Positions 59,369 through 64,000 of a stretch of 64,000 nt of DNA are shown here, in pieces (within the stretch, counting starts at the first letter, position 1; each line of letters begins with the position of its first letter). Under the pieces are notes generated by a model. It worked only from the letters and a program-made list of their open reading frames with translations. It was not told the origin of the DNA and made no database searches. Source of the DNA: an uncultured Clostridia bacterium (GTDB taxonomy: Bacteria > Bacillota > Clostridia > Christensenellales > UBA1242); assembly GCA_937891595.1 (NCBI GenBank), contig CALATF010000052.1, positions 17,921 through 81,920 on the forward strand. Reading direction: 5' to 3'. The translations under genes were made by a program, and so were the position numbers.

Positions 59369-60346
59369 ATGAAAAAAATTAATGTTGGTATTGTAGGTTA
59401 TGGTAATTTAGGTAAGGGTGTAGAAAGTGCTGTAATGAATAGTGAATATTTTAATTTGGTTAAAATATTTTCAAAACGCTCAAATATTGAAAGCCCATTC
59501 GGTTCAAGCTTTGAGCTAACAAGTAATCTTGAAAAATATGCTGGGGAAATAGATATTCTTTTTTTATGTGGCGGAAGTTATAGCGACATTGAAGAAATAG
59601 GTCCTAAAGCAATAAAACTATTTAATACAGTAGATAGTTTCGACACTCACTCAAAGCTTGAAAAATACATAAACCAACTTGATAAAGATGCTAAAAAATC
59701 TAAAAAAGTAGCCGTTTGTGCAGGTGGTTGGGACCCAGGTCTCATGAGTATGATAAGACTTATATTCAACAGCATTTCACCTGTTCACTCTTTGGCAAAT
59801 TCTTTTTGGGGAATGGGTGTTAGCCAAGGCCACAGCGATGCTATTCGTAGGGTTGAAGGCGTAAAGAATGCTATTCAATATACTATTCCTAATAAAAAGA
59901 TTGTTGCAAACTGCTACAAAAAGTTTGACTATACTCCAAAAGGCACTGAAAAACATAGCAGACTCTGTTATGTCGTTCTTGAAGAAGGGGCAGACGCAAA
60001 TAAAGTTAAAAATGAAATTGTAAATATGCCTAATTATTTTTTAGGTTACAAAACAACAGTTAAATTTATTACTGAAGATAAACTTAAAAAAATGCAACAA
60101 AAAATGTTCCATAAAGGACTTGTTGTTAAAAACTTTAAATGCAGCAATAAGTTTGCAACAAAACTTAATTTTGAACTTGATGTAGAAAGTAATCCATTCT
60201 TTACTTCAGAAATTTTGGTTACCCTTGCTTGTGCGGTTGCTAAACTTTCAAAAGAAGAAAAATTTGGTGCTTACTCTGTTTTTGATATTCCACTTAGTTA
60301 TTTAACTTTAGAAGATAGAAACACTTTATTAAAAACAATTTTATAA
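59369..60346 (+). CDS. ddh: meso-Diaminopimelate D-dehydrogenase
   Basis: VGIVGYGNLGKGVE, GGWDPGLMSMIR and GVSQGHSDAIRRVEGVKNAIQYTIP. Confidence 0.88.
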   Translation: MKKINVGIVGYGNLGKGVESAVMNSEYFNLVKIFSKRSNIESPFGSSFELTSNLEKYAGEIDILFLCGGSYSDIEEIGPKAIKLFNTVDSFDTHSKLEKYINQLDKDAKKSKKVAVCAGGWDPGLMSMIRLIFNSISPVHSLANSFWGMGVSQGHSDAIRRVEGVKNAIQYTIPNKKIVANCYKKFDYTPKGTEKHSRLCYVVLEEGADANKVKNEIVNMPNYFLGYKTTVKFITEDKLKKMQQKMFHKGLVVKNFKCSNKFATKLNFELDVESNPFFTSEILVTLACAVAKLSKEEKFGAYSVFDIPLSYLTLEDRNTLLKTIL

Positions 60347-60472
60347 AGTTTAAAAGTTAAATTTAATAATTTTATTTATCACAAAGTAAAAAACAATTTT
60401 ACACAGTTTTTTGTTGCTAATTAATCGTTTAAATTTTTACCAAATTAATTTGTTTTATATAGGAGTAGTTTA

Positions 60473-61204
60473 GTGAAAGCTATACTAGATTTATTTCTAA
60501 CCTTTTTTAAACTTGGCCTTTTTACTTTTGGTGGGGGATATGCAATGCTTCCACAGCTAAAAGAAAATGCTATTGAAAAGAAAAAATGGTTACAAGAAGA
60601 TGAATTTGTTAATATGCTTGCAATTTCAGAGTCAACTCCCGGGCCGATAGCAATTAACATGGCAACTTTTGTTGGGCATAAAATAAAAGGCTTTTGGGGA
60701 TCGCTGTTTGCCACCCTTGGCGTTGTTTTGCCATCGCTTATTATTATTTTTGTAATTTCTTTGTTTTTTGAACAATTTGTTAGCAATAAGTATGTTTCTT
60801 ATGCCTTTGTAGGTATTAAATGTGCAGTTGCATTCTTAATATTTAAAACAGGCATAGAAATGTTTTTAAAAATGAAAAAGAAAGCAATAAACATTGTTTT
60901 GTTTTTGTTAATTTTTATTACAGTTATTTTATTAGATATTTTCGCTATTAATTTTTCCTCAATTATCTTCATTTTATTTGGCGGTGTTATAGGTATTATT
61001 TGTTTTTCTATTACTAACAAAAAATCAATTCAAGATATTGCACAACAAGAAATAACTAATAATTCTAAAGAAGAAAATGCGATCATTTTCTTACAACAAC
61101 AAGAACAAATTGAACAAGAAAATAATATCCAAAATCAAAAAGATAAACAAGAAATTGATATAATTTCGAAAGAAAAAAATTCTAATAATAAGGGGGTAAA
61201 ATGA
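60473..61204 (+). CDS. Chromate transporter (CHR) family half-size protein 1
   Basis: GTG start with SD AGGAG. It has FGGGYAMLP and ESTPGPIAINMATFVG, plus a Q/E/N-rich tail. Confidence 0.85.
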   Translation: MKAILDLFLTFFKLGLFTFGGGYAMLPQLKENAIEKKKWLQEDEFVNMLAISESTPGPIAINMATFVGHKIKGFWGSLFATLGVVLPSLIIIFVISLFFEQFVSNKYVSYAFVGIKCAVAFLIFKTGIEMFLKMKKKAINIVLFLLIFITVILLDIFAINFSSIIFILFGGVIGIICFSITNKKSIQDIAQQEITNNSKEENAIIFLQQQEQIEQENNIQNQKDKQEIDIISKEKNSNNKGVK

Positions 61205-61773
61205 TTTACCTCATATTGTTTTTAGAATTTTTTAAAATAGGCTTATTTACCTTTGGTGGCGGATATGCTATGATACCTCTTGTAAAAGAAGTAGTATTAA
61301 AATATGACTGGTTAACAGAGTTTGAGTTTTACGACTTTTTAGGTGTATGCGAATCTACCCCAGGTCCCATAGCTATAAATATGGCAACCTATGTTGGTTC
61401 TACACAAGGTGGAATATTTGGTAGCATTTTGGCTACACTCGGCGTTGTTTTACCTTCTTTTATTATTATTTTATTAGTAGCTACAATATTAAAAAAAGCA
61501 ATAAAAAACAAATATGTTCTTGCCTTTTTAAATGGCATAAAACCGATTGTAATAGCTCTTATTACAGCAACGGGGTTAATGCTTGTTATAAAAGTTTTAG
61601 GTTATCAAAGTTTGCAGCAATTTAATTTGAATTTGACTTCAATTTTAACTTTCGCAACTTTGGCTGTTTCATACAGCGTAATAAGATATTGTTTTAAAAT
61701 AAAAGTTAATACAATTTTATTTATACTAAGTTCTGCTGTTGTAGGAATAGTGTTTTCATTGTTATTAGTATAA
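61201..61773 (+). CDS. Chromate transporter (CHR) family half-size protein 2
   Basis: ATGA overlap with the upstream gene, with FGGGYAMIP and ESTPGPIAINMATYVG. Confidence 0.85.
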   Translation: MIYLILFLEFFKIGLFTFGGGYAMIPLVKEVVLKYDWLTEFEFYDFLGVCESTPGPIAINMATYVGSTQGGIFGSILATLGVVLPSFIIILLVATILKKAIKNKYVLAFLNGIKPIVIALITATGLMLVIKVLGYQSLQQFNLNLTSILTFATLAVSYSVIRYCFKIKVNTILFILSSAVVGIVFSLLLV

Positions 61774-61988
61774 ATATGTTAAAAATAAATTTTAAAAAGC
61801 TTATCCCTTTTTAACAAATGTATTAATATATAATGATTTTCTTTTTATTGTTTGAAGTGTAATCAAATATAGTTTTCAGTTAAACTTTTGTAGAATATTT
61901 AGTTATTATGCATAAAAAAATAATATAGTGTTGAAATAAAGTAATTATAATGATAAAATGTTTCCATTAAAAGATGGGGGAAAACAAA

Positions 61989-62453
61989 ATGAGTAATATA
62001 ACAGAAATGTATAAAAGCATGTACAAAAAAATGAATGCTGAATATTCTAAATATCAACAACAATTTAGTTTTGCAAATAAACCTTATGAAAGCCTTGGCG
62101 TTAATGGGCATGATGTTATTGAAAAGGTCACAACACCAAACTTTATGCTTACTAAACATTTAATAAAATCTTGTTTTAAAGAAAACGAAACTGCTATTTA
62201 TGATGGTGTTGTTCCTATGCCTAATGAAGATGGCAGTGCAAGAAGTTATTTTATAAAAAATTTAGTTGTTCCAAGTGATGACTGTCAGTTTCCTGTTTAT
62301 AGTGGGTATACATTAAATTTAGAAGATGGAAGTTTAGAAACAATAGCTTCCTTAGAAAAAACAGAATTTATACAAAATGTTGTTTCAATATTTGATTTAG
62401 CTAAAGCACATGCTATGCTAGACGAAAGCTGTTTTGTTTGCCCTGAACAATAA
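61989..62453 (+). CDS. Hypothetical protein
   Basis: 154 aa from the ATG at 61989 (SD GGGGGA; the ORF-track start is 61974). No motif recognised. Confidence 0.5.
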   Translation: MSNITEMYKSMYKKMNAEYSKYQQQFSFANKPYESLGVNGHDVIEKVTTPNFMLTKHLIKSCFKENETAIYDGVVPMPNEDGSARSYFIKNLVVPSDDCQFPVYSGYTLNLEDGSLETIASLEKTEFIQNVVSIFDLAKAHAMLDESCFVCPEQ

Positions 62454-62471
62454 TTATTATTAGTTAATATT

Positions 62472-62499
62472 AAGGCGTGTAAATTGCACGCCTTTTTTT
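62472..62499 (+). terminator. Terminator after the 61989-62453 ORF
   Basis: AGGCGTG (62473-62479) pairs with CACGCCT (62487-62493), followed by a T-run. Confidence 0.75.
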
Positions 62500-62629
62500 A
62501 TTTTTATGTTAAAAATGTTTAATTATTATATATTTAGAACAAATTAAAAACATTTATAAATATAAAAACAACAATTTTGCTTTTGAAAATATAAGAAAGT
62601 ATGATAATATAGATTAAGGGTATTTAAAA

Positions 62630-64000
62630 ATGAACAAAAAATATGACTTGATTATTGTAGGCATGGGTCCTAGTGGAGTTTTTTGTGCATACGAACTTAT
62701 ACAAAAGAATAAGCATAAAAACATTTTACTTGTTGAACAAGGCAGAAGTATTGAAAAACGTGGCTGTCCTATAGAAAAAACAGGTAAGTGTATGAAATGT
62801 AAACCTTTTTGTAGCATTACTTGCGGTTTTTCAGGCGCAGGTGCTTTTTCAGATGGAAAAGTAAATTCTTACCACTTGGCAACAGGTGTTCCAGATAATC
62901 TTTATTTAGGTGGGAATGATGGCCCATCTTTTAAGCAAGCACTTTCAACACAAGAAATTAAAGATTTGTTTGCTTATACAGATAATATTTACCTTAAATT
63001 TGGTGCAAGTAAAGAACTTACAGGAATAAATTATGAAAAAGAAATTAAGCAAATGCAAGATAAGTCTAGAAAAGAAGGTCTTGACTTAATTTATTTCCCT
63101 ATTAGACATTTAGGCACAGAAAAAGCACACATCTTATATGGTGAAATTCAAAAGTATTTAGAAAATAATAACGTAGAATTAATGTTTGATACTATTGTTA
63201 GCGACCTTATTATTGAAGATAACCAAGTTAAAGGTATTAAAACAGTATCTTCTTATACAAAGGATAACGAGCAGGTTTTTTACGCCGACAATGTATGTTT
63301 GGCAGTTGGTAGAAAGGGCGCAGACTGGCTTTCAACAATGTGCAAGAAGTATAATATAGAAAATCGTTCAGGTGCAGTTGATATAGGTGTTAGATATGAA
63401 CTTCCAGACGAAGTTATGAAAGAAGTTAACAAATATTTCTACGAAGCTAAGTTTGTTGGGCATCCTTCACCATTCTGCGATAAAGTAAGGGCTTTTTGTC
63501 AAAACCCAAGCGGTTTTGTAGCAACCGAAGTATATGACAATAACTTGACTTTAGTTAATGGACATAGTTATAAAGATAAAAAAAGTACAAACACTAACTT
63601 AGCAATACTTGTTTCGCATAAGTTTACTCATCCATTTGATAAACCTATTCAATATGGTGTTAATATAGCCGAAAATCTAAATGATTTAGGAAATGGAAAT
63701 ATTATTGTTCAAAGATTAGGTGACATTTATAGGGGCAAAAGAACTTGGGAACATGAACTTAAAAACAATAAAGTAGTGCCAACTTTAAAAACAGCTGTTG
63801 CGGGAGACATTACTTTTGCGCTTGGTTATAGAACAATGACAGATATCTTGCAATTTATTCGCAGTGTAGATAAAGTTGTAGAAGGTTTTGGTAACCCAGA
63901 AAACTTGCTTTATGGTCCAGAAATTAAATTCTACAGTAATGAAATTTTACTAGATAAAGAATTTCAAACAAGTGTTAAAAACTTATATGCTATAGGTGAC
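62630..64000 (+). CDS. FAD-dependent oxidoreductase (COG2509-like), 3' end beyond the window
   Basis: Absent from the ORF track because there is no stop. My translation is MNKKYDLIIVGMGPSGVFCAYELIQKNKHKNILLVEQGRSIEKRGCPIEKTGKCMKCKPFCSITCGFSGAGAFSDGK.., open for 457 codons to nt 64000. Confidence 0.8.
   Translation, partial: MNKKYDLIIVGMGPSGVFCAYELIQKNKHKNILLVEQGRSIEKRGCPIEKTGKCMKCKPFCSITCGFSGAGAFSDGKVNSYHLATGVPDNLYLGGNDGPSFKQALSTQEIKDLFAYTDNIYLKFGASKELTGINYEKEIKQMQDKSRKEGLDLIYFPIRHLGTEKAHILYGEIQKYLENNNVELMFDTIVSDLIIEDNQVKGIKTVSSYTKDNEQVFYADNVCLAVGRKGADWLSTMCKKYNIENRSGAVDIGVRYELPDEVMKEVNKYFYEAKFVGHPSPFCDKVRAFCQNPSGFVATEVYDNNLTLVNGHSYKDKKSTNTNLAILVSHKFTHPFDKPIQYGVNIAENLNDLGNGNIIVQRLGDIYRGKRTWEHELKNNKVVPTLKTAVAGDITFALGYRTMTDILQFIRSVDKVVEGFGNPENLLYGPEIKFYSNEILLDKEFQTSVKNLYAIGD

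Noticed and set aside
60473-61773. The two CHR-family ORFs as one frameshifted chrA pseudogene
   Set aside because: Each ORF has its own complete FGGGYAM(L/I)P and ESTPGPIAINMA(T)(F/Y)VG motif set, and they are joined by an ATGA overlap. This is the normal paired short-chain CHR arrangement.

Overview
This is a very AT-rich bacterial chromosome segment: several spacers exceed 90% A+T and coding regions are richer in G+C. The organism looks Bacillota-like and uses the standard genetic code. TGA acts as a stop (ATGA stop/start overlaps at 24989 and 61201) and Trp is TGG. The left third is the replication-origin neighbourhood: ftsH, a four-site parS array, parB-parA-rsmG-mnmG-(histidine phosphatase)-mnmE-jag-yidC-yidD-rnpA-rpmH on the minus strand. 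These are followed by an orphan ORF, DnaA boxes with a ~96% A+T tract, and dnaN and dnaA. Both dnaN and dnaA lie on the minus strand, which is inverted relative to the canonical order. Then come recF, a 713-bp AT-rich spacer, and a gyrB-(MazG-like)-(nucleosidase-like)-gyrA operon on the plus strand. The remainder is a mix of housekeeping genes (yabP/yabQ, queH, P-type ATPase, ttcA-like, pyk, pheA plus an aminotransferase, superoxide reductase, ddh, a chrA pair, tRNA-Val, tRNA-Ser) and accessory material. The best candidate for an undescribed system is at 38954-41715: a 602-aa fusion of a divergent RelA/SpoT-type synthetase domain to tandem cytidylyltransferase-fold domains (one degenerate, one intact), translationally coupled to a DHH/DHHA1 phosphoesterase. 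A zeta/antitoxin pair sits about 1 kb away. Other notable points: the inverted dnaA-dnaN module with no DnaA boxes at the dnaA promoter; a second copy of the exact TTATCCACA-N14-TGTGGATAA module 40 kb away beside tRNA-Ser; a decayed islet (50.05-53.58 kb) bracketed by a diverged repeat of the tRNA-Ser 3' end and terminator; and three tandem, individually terminated paralogs of an uncharacterised Rossmann-like protein (53864-56799). I saw no rRNA, CRISPR array, transposase or integrase. All calls come from reading the sequence and remembered family motifs; no database search was run.
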